A stretch of 64,000 bases of DNA from Octopus sinensis (lineage: Eukaryota): the NCBI RefSeq assembly GCF_006345805.1, contig NC_043006.1:20398001-20462000 (forward strand). The letters are read 5' to 3'. Below are positions 26,960 through 38,990 of this stretch, piece by piece (positions within the stretch are counted from its first letter, which is position 1; every line of letters starts with the position of its first letter). Position numbers and translations under genes: made by a program. The notes below the pieces were generated by a model, which had not been told where the DNA came from, searched no databases, and saw nothing but the letters and a program-made list of their open reading frames with translations.

Positions 26960-27357
26960 TCTTTATTATAGGGCACAAGGGCTGAAATTTGGGAGAGGAG
27001 GAGAGTCGATTACACCGACCCTAGTACTAAACTGGTACTTAATTTATCGACCCCTAAAGGATGAAGGGAAAATCGACCTCAGTGGAATTTGAACGGAGAA
27101 CATAGCAATGGATGAACTACTGCAAAGCATAATGATAATAATCCCTTCTATTATAATATGCACAAGGCCAGAAATTTCTGTGGGAAGGGGCTTATTGATG
27201 CAATTGATCCTTCTCATCTGGTACTTATTTTATCAACCCTAAAAGGATGAACAGCAAAATCAACCTTGGTGACATCTGAATTCCGAATGTAAAGTGCCAG
27301 AAGAAAAGTTGCTAAGAATTTGGTCCAGCATACTAATGATTCTACCAATTCATGACT

Positions 27358-27397
<40 letters not shown>

Positions 27398-27650
27398 TAA
27401 TAATAATAATAATAATAATAATGATGGTTTCAAATTTTGGTACAAGGTCAGTAATTTTAGTGGGTGGGAGGATAAGTTGATTACATCAACCCCCCCCCAG
27501 TTTTTCTGCTGGTACCTATTTTATTAACACCAGAAGGATGAAAGGCAAAAATCAACCTCAGTGGAATTTGAACACAGGATGCAAAACCAGAAGAAATGCT
27601 ACTAGGCATTTTGTACGGCGTGCTGATGATTCTGCCAGTTTGTCACAACA
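26960..27650 (-). mobile_element. Three consecutive older SINE C copies with (ATT)n tails
   Basis: Repeated ggcacaagg...ctggtacttattttatcgaccc...aaaggatgaa...gaatttgaac blocks separated by (AAT)n. Confidence 0.75.
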
Positions 27651-28363
27651 ACAACAACAACAATAGTAATAATAATAATAAAAAATTTGATAAAGAAATA
27701 AAACTTACTCATAGTCAAATATAAGTCTTTGCCTAGAAGGCGGCCATGTTGAGGGCTAAAACAGTTGTATAGGCCCAGAGCCTGAGGTGATAGAACATTC
27801 ACATAACAGGTCATTTAACCAGGTCGTTCACAAATGGTTGTTGAAAGCTACCTTAGTGAAATAATAGCGTGACCAAAGCATCATGGGAAAGTCTGATTAA
27901 TATTAGTTGCTTCTTTAGTAGAGAACCGTAAATGTAACTCAAACGAAAATTGCTACGGATAAATATAAAATTACACACAAAACCAAATAAAGAAAAAACA
28001 CATGCCACACACTTGCACACATATATATATATATACACATACATTTACATACACATACAAATGCACGTGTGTATGCACACACATACACACACACACACAC
28101 CTGTACACATAAATATACCATATTTTCTGTATCAGATAAATCGATTGGAGGAATATACAAGTTTTGTATAGGCTTTTCATGGTAAGATATAATCTAAGAT
28201 TTCCTTTACATTCCAAAATTCAATAAAGTAAAAAACATCTTGAAAGAAGGAAAAGCATTTCAAAAAAAAAAAAAAGAGAGGGGGGGAACGAAGGGGGAAG
28301 GTAAAAAGGAAATTCTTATAAATCATTAAATCAGAAGAATCTGTGAGAGTGTATATAAATAAA

Positions 28364-28419
<56 letters not shown>

Positions 28420-28509
28420 TATATATATACACACATATATATACATACACATATTTATGTACAAACCTACTTATATATGTAAACAGACATGTGTGTGTGT
28501 GTGTGTGTA

Positions 28510-28561
<52 letters not shown>

Positions 28562-28617
28562 TATATATATACATATACATGTTTATGTACAAACCTACTT
28601 ATATATGTAAACAGACA

Positions 28618-28679
<62 letters not shown>

Positions 28680-28984
28680 CACACATATATGCATGTACAT
28701 ATCTACACACAGATACACATATACACATATATGCGTGTACATATCTACACACACACACACACACACACATAATGCAGATACATATGCATATACGTATGTA
28801 GATTACACCCACACATACATACGAACACACGTTCATACATACACGTACCTTTATATATATATATGCATACCTACATAGACATACATACATAATTACATAT
28901 AAACACACATACACACCTATGCACACAAAAACATATGCGCACATATATTTGTGTGTGCACATGGGTAGAGTGCAGACATGCGAG

Positions 28985-28997
28985 AGAGATAGGGAAG

Positions 28998-29028
<31 letters not shown>

Positions 29029-30022
29029 TGAGAGAGAGAGAGGAGAGAGGAGAGAATGAGAGAGAGAATGAGAGAGAGAATGAGAGAGAGAATGAGAGAG
29101 GGAGAGAGAGAATGAGAGAGAGAATGAGAGAGGGAGAGAGAGAATGAGAGAGAGAGAGGGAGAATGAGAGAGAGAGAGAATGAGAAAGAGAGTGAGAGAG
29201 AAAGAGAGAATGAGAGAGAGAGAATGAGAGAGAGGTAATGAGAGAGAGATAATGAGAGAGAGGTAATGAGAGAGAGATAATGAGAGAGAGATAATGAGAG
29301 AGAGAGAGAATGAGAGAGAGAGATAATGAGAGAGAGATAATGAGAGAGAGATAATGAGAGAGAGATAATGAGAGAGAGATAATGAGAGAGAGATAATGAG
29401 AGAGAGAATGAAAGAGAGAGAGAATGAGAGAGAGAGAGAGATAATGAGAGAGAGAGATAATGAGAGAGAGAGATAATGAGAGAGAGATAATGAGAGAGAG
29501 AGAGAATGAGAGAGAGATAATGAGAGAGATAATGAGAGAGAGATAATGAGAGAGAGAATGAGAGAGAGAGAATGAGAGAGAGAGAATGAGAGAGAGAGAG
29601 AATGAGAGAGAGAGAATGAGAGAGAGATAATGAGAGAGAGAATGAGAGAGAGAATGAGAGAGAGAGAATGAGAGAGAGATAATGAGAGAGAGAGAATGAG
29701 AGAGAGATAATGAGAGAGAGAATGAGAGAGAGAGAATGAGAGAGAGAGAATGAGAGAGAGAGATAATGAGAGAGATAATGAGAGAGAGAATGAGAGAGAG
29801 AGAATGAGAGAGAGAGAATGAGAGAGAGAGAATGAGAGAGAGAGAATGAGAGAGAGAGAATGAGAGAGAGAGATAATGAGAGAGAGATAATGAGAGAGAG
29901 ATAATGAGAGAGAGAATGAGAGAGAGAGAATGAGAGAGAGAGAATGAGAGAGAGAGAATGAGAGAGAGAATGAGAGAGAGAGAATGAGAATGAGAGAGAG
30001 AGAGAGAATGAGAGAGAGAGAG
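28985..30022. repeat. About 1 kb purine-rich compound microsatellite (GA)n with AAT/TAAT interruptions
   Basis: Units GAGAGAGAAT and GAGAGAGATAAT; produces the 518-aa and 414-aa S/L/H artefact ORFs. Confidence 0.95.
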
Positions 30023-30268
30023 ATCAATGAACAACAAAAGGCATACAGTGTACATCCTCCATTTAAACATAAGGGTTGGAGGGAGGAAGAGGTACGGTGT
30101 GAGTGTGCGTTGCATTCATTGAAAATGTTGGTGTGGACAGTTTTGGAATAGATTTCATTTGATACAGCCTATATCTATGCAATCTTCCGAATGGTAAGCT
30201 GCAATGTCAAAGAGACACACATACAAGTAATATCTACTCCTGCATATTTTATAGATCACAGTATTAGG

Positions 30269-30300
<32 letters not shown>

Positions 30301-30904
30301 ACGCAAACAATATATGCCCCGGTATGATGTATATGTGTGTGTATACATGTGTGTGTGTGTGTGTAGGAAAATTATTGATTGGATACAAAGAAATAAACTT
30401 AAACACATGCTAAAATAAACCAAATAAATAAATAAATAATGATGATGAAGATGATGATGATGATGATGACTATTATGATGATAAATCATGTTTAAAATAT
30501 GAAAAGCTACATTAGTAAATCTCAACACTACGCCTACCATCAACATTGTAATCACTACCAATGCTACCACAGCCACCGCCACTACCTCCTCTACCACTAC
30601 CATATCGTCATGCTATAATAGCAATGAGACGTTCTCCTTTCTGGCAGTGTTCCTCCATTCAGTGCCAGAGAGAAGGAAGACTCAGTGGTTTTTTTTTTTG
30701 TTATTTAAAAATTTTTTTTTTTTTATTAGAATATTAAGTGACCTTGAAGCATACATATTTCCACTTATAGCCTAAAACTATTGACACAGTTCCAAACCCT
30801 TAGAACTCTACCAACACCAACACCACCTCACACTCCTACAACATGATGCTCCACTCTATAGGAATTACCAAAGAAAAGTGGATCATACAACCCAACCTGA
30901 GAGT

Positions 30905-31082
30905 GAGAGAAAGTTGTGGTGAAAGGGTACAGCAGGGATCACTACCACCTCCTGCTGGAGCCTCGTGGAGATTTAGGTGTTTTCGCTCAATAAACACACA
31001 ACGCCCGGTCTGGGAATCGAAACCGCGATCCTACAACTGCAAGTCTGCTGCCCTAACCACTGGGCAATTGCGCCTCCACGCC
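30905..31082 (-). mobile_element. SINE family B, head and body only
   Basis: ggaggcgcaattgcccagtggttagggcagcagacttgcag on the minus strand, next to (TA)n. Confidence 0.8.
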
Positions 31083-31086
31083 CTTC

Positions 31087-31157
<71 letters not shown>

Positions 31158-32127
31158 GTGTGCGTGTGTGTGTCTGTGTTTGTCCCCCCAACATCGTTTG
31201 ACAGCCGATGATTCGGACAAAAATTTCAAAACATTTCTGTAGTTAGGGTTAAGGTTAGTGTTGGGGAAAAAAGTCTAAATTAAAGAATTCGTGAGGGGAT
31301 AGGAGATGGAATTTAACAATGCCGATTTTTGGCAAAATTCCCGAACCTCCGTCTCCGAAAACGGGGGGAGGGGGGGCACAAAAAATTATTTAAAAATAAA
31401 CAAATTTGGGAGAAAATAGGGAGGACGGGCAGAAGTCTTTCCAATATGTATTTTTAAAAAGTAGTAGATATTTTAACCCGTTTCAGTTATTGACAGAAGA
31501 AATACAGATAAAAGAATCTTAAAATTATGAAGAATTTGAAATAGATGAAGTTAAAGAAGGGAGGTAACTTAATGAATTATTTAAAATTTTGTTTTTCAAA
31601 GAAAATCGCTATTTAAGCTGCAAATGATATCATTAGAAAAGGCATGCGCATCACCGATTCTCTTTTCGCCGTTACTTTAGAATAGGTGGCGTTTTATTCT
31701 TATGAAAAAGGAAAAAAAAGAAATATTTTCTCTGTCAAGAGATAAATAAAACTAATGAGTTTGAGAGTTGGAAAATAACGTATGCAAAACGAGATTCGTC
31801 TTGAAGAGAAATCAGTACCAGGCTACAAGTTTCTTATTGACCACCATTGACTGCCCCTTTTTGAATATACAGACACGCAGAGACCACTTAGTAAAATGTA
31901 CTAAGTATGTTATACTGCATGTTACAGGGTACCGTCTGGTCTTCAAAGAAACACAACCTCAATAATATATCTGCCATACTGTATTTGTGGGTGGTAACCA
32001 AAGGTTTCGCATCCGTGCTATAGCTGTGTTTGACTTTCACCTTTTGTCTTATCTCCTTTCACCACCTTTTTAATCAGAGAGAGAGAGAGAGAGAGAGAAA
32101 GTAATGATGTGACCTTTTCGGTTTGAA

Positions 32128-32452
32128 CGGCAGTTTTTTTTATAGCGGGGTCATATGAAATTGTCACCCATAATTATGACCCTAGTATCGATCTATTGCA
32201 TTTCAATCTGTTTTAGGGTTAGGGGTGGGGGGAAGGGTATCTTTTTTTCTTCACAAATGTAAATAAACCCAATCTGTTTCTTAAACGAGAGACATATTCA
32301 TACGGCACAGAATGCTTTTTACCTCAATGGATGTCATTGATTGGTTGAAATTGCAGAAATTGAAGAAAAACAACAAATATCTTACAAACTATAGAATTTT
32401 CTCAATAAAGCCAAGAGAAAAAGATGTTTTATAAACACATTCGAAAAGATCC
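32128..32452. mobile_element. MITE-like element with degenerate TIR remnants
   Basis: gaccttttcg ... cgaaaagatc imperfect inverted ends; interior contains ttagggttagggg. Confidence 0.4.
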
Positions 32453-32712
32453 CAATTAGGTGATTCAATTTCATATCTGATTAAAAGTCAACCTTCTTTC
32501 CTGTACACACACACGCACGCACGCATGCATGCACGCACGCACACACACACACACGCACGCACACACATACACACACAGCGTGTTGTGTGTGGGCGTGCCC
32601 ACAGGCTCGCTCTACACTTTTACACATGGAAGAAGAAAAACATTTGATCGAAGGGAGATAACTGTTCCATATGTTTCGCCTGAGTATGTGTGTGTGTGAG
32701 GACGCATTATCA

Positions 32713-33054
32713 TCTCTCTTATGTATAAACGGCATAATGTCTGTCTGTGTGTGTGTGTGTGTGTCCTTTATACAAATCCACAATTTTTCAGTTAGAGGGC
32801 TCGCACTTTCTATGGTAATTCAAAACTGTCCAAGGGTGGTCGTGGCACATCTTTACATTTCCCCAGTCACCCCGCAAAGCCATTAAAAAAATCAATAGAA
32901 GTGACTTTTTTGTGAATTTTCTATCCAAAACCCAATCAAAATGCCCAAAACTTTATACGCCAATTGAATGCCAGCTAGCTGTATGTGCGCATGCACGCAG
33001 CTGTATATGCATGCACTAGCACTATGACCCGGCAACGCCGGGTCATAGTGCTAG
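32713..33054 (+). mobile_element. Non-autonomous Helitron
   Basis: A|TC 5' end (tctctcttatgtataaacggc), 3' GC hairpin cccggcaacgccggg, then CTAG|T; AT target with no TSD. Confidence 0.8.
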
Positions 33055-33266
33055 TAAATAATATATGATTATGGAAAAATTGAACCATATATTTATTTAC
33101 ATTTTCGCAAAAGTTATTCACTATTTACTTCTGTTCTTTAAAACAGATAACGATGCGGATTCAAGCTTTCGTACTGTGTATAAAAAGAAAACTTTTCTTC
33201 AAGTATTTGATAACTTTTAAAAAATCTTTCTTTAAATATTATTATCAAGTGATTTATGCAACAGAT

Positions 33267-33298
<32 letters not shown>

Positions 33299-35236
33299 TA
33301 TGTATGTATATATATATATATACATAAATATATGTATATATATACATAAATATATGTGTATATATATACAAAATGTGTGTATACAGACACACACATACAT
33401 ATATATAGTTAATTAGTTATCTATTTCCTATTCAGATCAGTTTAAATTATTTTTGTTACTCTTCCCTCCCACCTCTGATAAATATCTTTTACTAATATAC
33501 ACATACATACATACATATACAGTTACCAAAAAACTCATTCATAAATACACACACAAAATCAACTTTTCTTGCAAGATGTAAAATTCACACGCACACACAT
33601 AGACGACGCTGATACATACTAAAAATGCTTCCAGCTGAATAAATGTCCACATTAGTAGCACACCCACCATTGCATACAGATTCAAACACAGATAGATAGA
33701 CAGACAGACAAGTGGATGTTGAGCTAGTGAAACCACAGAACAGGGTCTTTAAACCTGAACAGGTAGATCTGTCACTGCATCACAACAACAACAAACTATG
33801 TCACAATAGGACATTCATAGAGTAACAAAAATCTTGGAGACAAGTTACTAGCATCTGTCAATATTTTACTGTTGCCATGCCAATGCACAGATGATATTCC
33901 TAAGCAATATTTGTACTAACAGAAGGGTGCTGCATATCAAAAATTTTGGGGGCCATCCATTCAGCAAAATGGAAGTTTGTTTTTGTTTCAAGAAACGAGT
34001 TTAAGAAATGATTTGAGATGTTTCTGAAATTTTTTGAAATAATATTTTGAACAACAGAACACGTTCTAAGAATTGGATCGGCAAATGAAAATTATATAAG
34101 TTAATATTTAAACAGAACAGTCACTGAGTGTAAAGGTGTAACGAAAAGAGCCTTGTAGTACACTGAAGCAACTGGAAATTCAGACCGAGATCCATTAATT
34201 TATCAAGAGAAAAAAAAAATTAATATAGATTTTCAATTTTTACAACAAAAGGTAAAATATCCAATAATTAAAAATGTAGAAGCAATTTCATATAATGAAG
34301 AACAGAATTGCATTTTTTTTTTTTTAGATGAGTAAATATGAATATATGTGGGACTTTCAGAATCACATTTTCTCTTAGAAAAGTGGGTTTATATAACAAA
34401 CTGGTAACAAAAACCGGGTTACACTATGTCATATATTTTATCTTCAATATTTCCTTCAGTAAATACGCGTGTGAACATACATACAATATATATGGATAGA
34501 CACACACACACATATGGGTATATAGAAAAACAGTTGAATGTTAATTGAATATGATCACTCTACACATTTGAATAGTGTATAACATGTATTTCAACAAGAA
34601 AGAAAATGTTGATAGTGACTTTGAAGTTGATTTTAAAATGACTAACCTGAGTTCTGAGGAGAGTTGCATCGATGTAGAAGTGTAGGTGAAGATCCAACAG
34701 CTATAACCGATCGTTTTCCATGAGAACGACTACCAAATATAAGAAAGACTCGATAAATAAATAGAAAAAAAGAAACGGATAAAAATATGCGGATTTTTTA
34801 AATTCCTTAGGTTAGCAAATGAAATTCCTTAGTAAATTGGAAAGCGAAATTAGTCTAAGGGAGGTAACTCTGGTATCATTCTGACAAACTGAAAAGAATT
34901 CATAACACGTATGAAATGTTTCTGGATAAATTTTAAAAAAAATAATAAATAATTGCAAAATTTCATGTTGCTATGGAAAGTACACAAACCACTTATTGTT
35001 ATTTGTTTTGTTTTGTGATTTTTCCCAGGGCAAATGTGGCGAATTGGAAGAATCGTTAGAATGCTGGTCACAGTATTATAATAATAATGTTTCAAATTAT
35101 GGCACAAGGCTAGCAATTTTAAGGGGATGGGGTTAGCCTATTACGCTGTCCCCAGTACTTGACTGGGGATACTTTATTTTACTGACCTCAAAGTGAAGAA
35201 AGGTAAAGTTAATCGTGATGGTATCTGAACTCATAA

Positions 35237-35475
35237 GGCGGCGAGCTGGCAGAAACGTTAGCACGCTGGGCGAAATGCTTTGTGGTATTTCGACTGCCGC
35301 TGCGTTCTGAGTTCAAATTCCGCCGAGGTCGACTTTGCCTTTCATCATTTCGGGGGTCGATAAATTAAGTACCAGTCACGCACTGGGGACGGTCGATATA
35401 ATCCACTTTAATCCTTTTGTCTGTCCTTGTTTGTCCTCTCTCTGTGTCTAGCCCCTTGTGGGTAGTAAAGAAATA
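35237..35475 (+). mobile_element. Young SINE C with 17-bp TSD, inserted in an older SINE C
   Basis: GGTATCTGAACTCATAA at 35220-35236 and 35476-35492. Confidence 0.9.
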
Positions 35476-35609
35476 GGTATCTGAACTCATAATGAAAGAG
35501 ATGGAAAAGAAAATGCCGCAAAGCAAATTTGATGTGTTGATGGCAGTCCCACCTCTATGAACAACGAACAGAGACTAATAGATGAGAAATAAGATGAAGA
35601 CAAACTTAC

Positions 35610-35638
35610 CTTCCTTTCCTAGTTAAACTGAGATCTTT
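35610..35638 (-). CDS. MAST: MAST-family kinase 29-nt microexon (phase 0 to 2)
   Basis: A ~70-nt T-rich tract ends in catttccag|AAAGATCTCAGTTTAACTAGGAAAGGAAG|gtaagt. Encodes KDLSLTRKG(S/R), the equivalent of vertebrate KELSLPRRG, in frame with the 89-nt exon. Confidence 0.88.
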
Positions 35639-35816
35639 CTGGAAATGTGAAATAAATAAAATATAAATAGATAAAAAAATAAAAATACAAATATAAACAA
35701 ATGGCAAAATAATTAACACAATAATATCAAGCAAAGTTCATTAAAAGATAATGACTGAGGGACAATAGTGTTTAGAAGATGCATGATAATATTTGGTGAG
35801 GATATGAAAGCAAAAG

Positions 35817-36090
35817 TGGAGGCGCAATGGCCCAGCGGTTAGGGCAGCAGACTTGTGGTCAGAGGATCGTGATTTCAATTCCCAGACCAGGCATTGTATG
35901 TGTTTATTGAGCGAAAACACCTAAAAGCTCCATGAGGCTCTGGCAGGGGGTGGTGGCCATCCCTGTTGTACTTTTTCACCACAACTTTCTCTCACTATTT
36001 CTTCCTGTTTCTTGAGTAAGGCTGCGATGGACTGGCGTCCCGTCCAGCTGGGGGGAACACATATGCCACACATATGCCCATGAGCCTAGC
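35817..36090 (+). mobile_element. SINE family B, tail type c
   Basis: Same head and body as 14140 and 22623, but the tail is ...gctgcgatggactggcgtcccgtccagctggggg... Confidence 0.8.
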
Positions 36091-36109
36091 TAGGTTTAAA
36101 AAGGGGCGA

Positions 36110-36372
36110 CGTAGTACAGGCCATGTACAAGGGTGCTGCTAGTAAGGTAAGAGTTGGCCATGAGTACAATGATGAATTCAGAGTACAGGTGGTTGTTCAT
36201 CAAGGATCGGTCCTCAGCCCACTCCTATTTATCATTGTCCGCCAGGCCATAACAGAAGAATTTAAAACAGGCAGCCCATGGAAACTACAGCCTGCTGATG
36301 ATCTTGCCCTCATAGCAGAATGTGCAATAGAAATAGAAAGGAAATTCCATGTGTGGAAACAAAGGGCCTTAA
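36110..36372 (+). mobile_element. RTE-clade LINE reverse transcriptase fragment
   Basis: MYKGAASKVRVGHEYNDEFRVQVVVHQGSVLSPLLFIIV...PWKLQPADDLALIAE: RT motifs QGSVLSP and (Y)ADD. Confidence 0.9.
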
Positions 36373-36554
36373 AGTGAAGTCCACATAAAAAGCACTGATG
36401 TCATGTAAAAAGCAGCCAGTGCACTTTGTAAAGTGGTTGGCATTAGGAAGGGCACTAAGTAGTAGAAATCAAGCCAAAAGAGACTATGGAACCTGGCCAG
36501 TTCCTGCCAAGGTGTCCAACCCATGGAAAAAATAGACATTAAATGATGATGATG

Positions 36555-36620
<66 letters not shown>

Positions 36621-36758
36621 CCTTACAAAATGTAGAACATTGCAAAAAATTTACTGTCCTGTCCCTACCCACTACTCCACAGGCTGTAACTAAATTCTCA
36701 ACCCTCTTCCCCTGGGTGTTTGTACTGGATTTAACCTGAGCAAGAAGATCAAACTTAC

Positions 36759-36847
36759 CATGCTTGCTGAGAGGGATGGTGCAGACTGACCCAAAACAGA
36801 ATTGTGCATCCGTAATAAGTTTGTGCTTTCAGTATTGCTGGAAATAC
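36759..36847 (-). CDS. MAST: MAST-family kinase coding exon (89 nt, phase 1 to 0)
   Basis: Acceptor cctttctctttccag|GTATTT, donor GCATG|gtaagt. Joined to the upstream exon it gives (S)ISSNTESTNLLRMHNSVLGQSAPSLSASM, matching the MAST motif NLVRMRNQSLGQSAPSLTAGL (recalled). Confidence 0.93.
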
Positions 36848-37077
36848 CTGGAAAGAGAAAGGCGTAAGGTCAGCGATTAACATCAACAGTTTTCCATAAT
36901 AACAGAACACAAATTCAAATCTCATAATGGAATGAAAAATCAGAACAGAAGGGAGCGAAACAAGCAAAAAATTATTTTAAGATACTTTAGCCCTTCAGCG
37001 TACAAATTACTCAGCCAGATGTAACGCTCATTTATGTTGCTTTGAATTAATCATGTATTGTCTCATAGCTTTAAGGG

Positions 37078-37460
37078 CACCTGTGTCAGTGGCATGTAGG
37101 AGACACCTGTGTCGGTGGCATGTAGGAGACACCTGTGCCGGTGACATGTAGAAGACACCTGTGTCAGTGGCATGTAGGAGACACCTGTGTCAGTGGCATG
37201 TAGGAGACACCTGTGCCGGTGACATGTAGGAGACACCTGTGTCAGTGGAATGTAGGAGACACCTGTATCAGTGGAATGTAGGAGACACCTGTGTCAGTGG
37301 CATGTAGGAGACACCTGTGTCAGTGGCATGTAGGAGACACCTGTGTCAGTGGCATGTAGGAGACACCTGTGTCAGTGGCATGTAGGAGACACCTGTGTCA
37401 GTGGCATGTAGGAGACACCTGTGTCAGTGGCATGTAGGAGACACCTGTGCTGGTGACATG
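37078..37460 (+). repeat. 26-bp minisatellite (CACCTGTGTCAGTGGCATGTAGGAGA), 14 units plus a partial, inside an RTE-tail element
   Basis: Period 26 from 37078 to 37442; continues into ...gagggcatccagccgtagaa...gatgatgat. Confidence 0.92.
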
Positions 37461-37939
37461 TTAAAGGCACCCAATACATGCCATGGAATAGTTGGCATGA
37501 GAGAGGGCATCCAGCCGTAGAATCCAAGCCAAATCAGACTGGAGCTTGATTTAGCTCCCTGGCTTATCAGTTCTAGTCAAACCATCGAACCCATGCCAGC
37601 ATAGAAAAGAGACAGATGATGATGATGCATATGTGTAATATGCATATATATATGCATGTGTGCATGTCTTTTTGTGTACCCTTGTCTAAACAGCATAACG
37701 GTTGTAAATGACCATCATCATCATCATCATCATACATGCAAGGTCACTCATTTCCAGTCTCCTGTGGAAAATATGTCGCGCTTCAGGAAAAATATTATTT
37801 CATTTGGAAACAGATGAGAGATTGGTGTAACAAAAAGAGCATCCGACTATAAAAAAATCAACCCCAACAAATTTTGTCCAACCCATGCAAGTTTGGAAAA
37901 GTTAAATATTAAATGATGATAATGATGACGACGATGATT

Positions 37940-37979
<40 letters not shown>

Positions 37980-38524
37980 CACAAGAACCGCCCATCCCAG
38001 GAAGCTCAATTTACTGATGATGTATTTGCCATGACAAAGAATTCACAGACAGTGTAATTACCAAGCATTGATATTTTGGCAACGAATTTACCATGATGTA
38101 ATTACTGGTGAAGAATTTAACTGTGAACCTGAGATTATTTTTCTTTCTCTTTCTCTTTTTGGAATTGCTTTCACCAAAAGCATCGCTCTACATTAGATTA
38201 TCTAAAAAAAAAAATCAATCAGTTTGCTTTTTTTTTTTTTTTTTTTTTTTATAGATAAATTAAAAACAAAATTCTTTTTTATATTGATTAATTCATCATT
38301 CGTCTCTGTTTAAATTGTGAATAGACAATAAACGGTCACAGAAAGAGAGAAGCAGGCACAGGAGTGAGTAACAATCTGCTGGAATTATCAGCAAATCTCA
38401 GTGTGAAACTTCCATATACCACCTTACCTAGATACACTAGTATTAATAAAAAAGCAGGGTGGTCGTGGTTGGAGAATTTCAGAAACAATCTAGGGTTAAA
38501 CAACAAAAACATAACATTCTTTTT

Positions 38525-38928
38525 TATTCTTCTACTTGTTTCAGTCATTTGACTGCGGCCATGCTGGAGCATTGCCTTAAAGGGTTTTTTTTTAGTCAAG
38601 GAAATTGACCCCAGAACTTATTCTTTGTAAGCCTAGTACTTATTCTATCGTTCCCTTTTGCCGAACTGCTAAGTTACGAGGACGCAAACACACCAGCATC
38701 GGTTGTCAAGCGATGCTGGGGGCACAAACACAGACACACACACACACATATATATATATACATATATATGACAGGCTTCTTTCAGTTTCCATCTACCAAA
38801 TCCTCTCACAAGGCTTTGGTCAGCCCGAGGCTATAGTAGAAGACACTTGCCCAAGGTGCCACGCAGTATGACTGAACCCAGAACCATATGGTTGGTATAC
38901 AAGCTACTTACCACACAGCCACTCCTGC
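38525..38928 (-). mobile_element. SINE family A, full-length copy
   Basis: Reverse complement of 7150-7534. Confidence 0.88.
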
Positions 38929-38949
38929 TACTTAATAATAATAATGATG

Positions 38950-38990
<41 letters not shown>

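Noticed and set aside
28450-28630. ~126-bp duplicated block around atgtacaaacctacttatatatgtaaacagacatg
   Set aside because: A simple slippage duplication inside a microsatellite field, or an assembly echo; no further significance visible.
28471-30115. 518-aa and 414-aa ORFs
   Set aside because: Translations of the GA-rich microsatellite (S/L/H/I runs); stop-free only because of low complexity.
31240-32230. Telomere-like ttagggttaaggttag / ttagggttagggg
   Set aside because: Only 1-2 imperfect units, at least one inside a MITE-like element; not an interstitial telomere array.
33900-34900. Possible DNA-transposon coding remnant (acidic DSDFEVDF stretch)
   Set aside because: No catalytic motif or termini recognisable.
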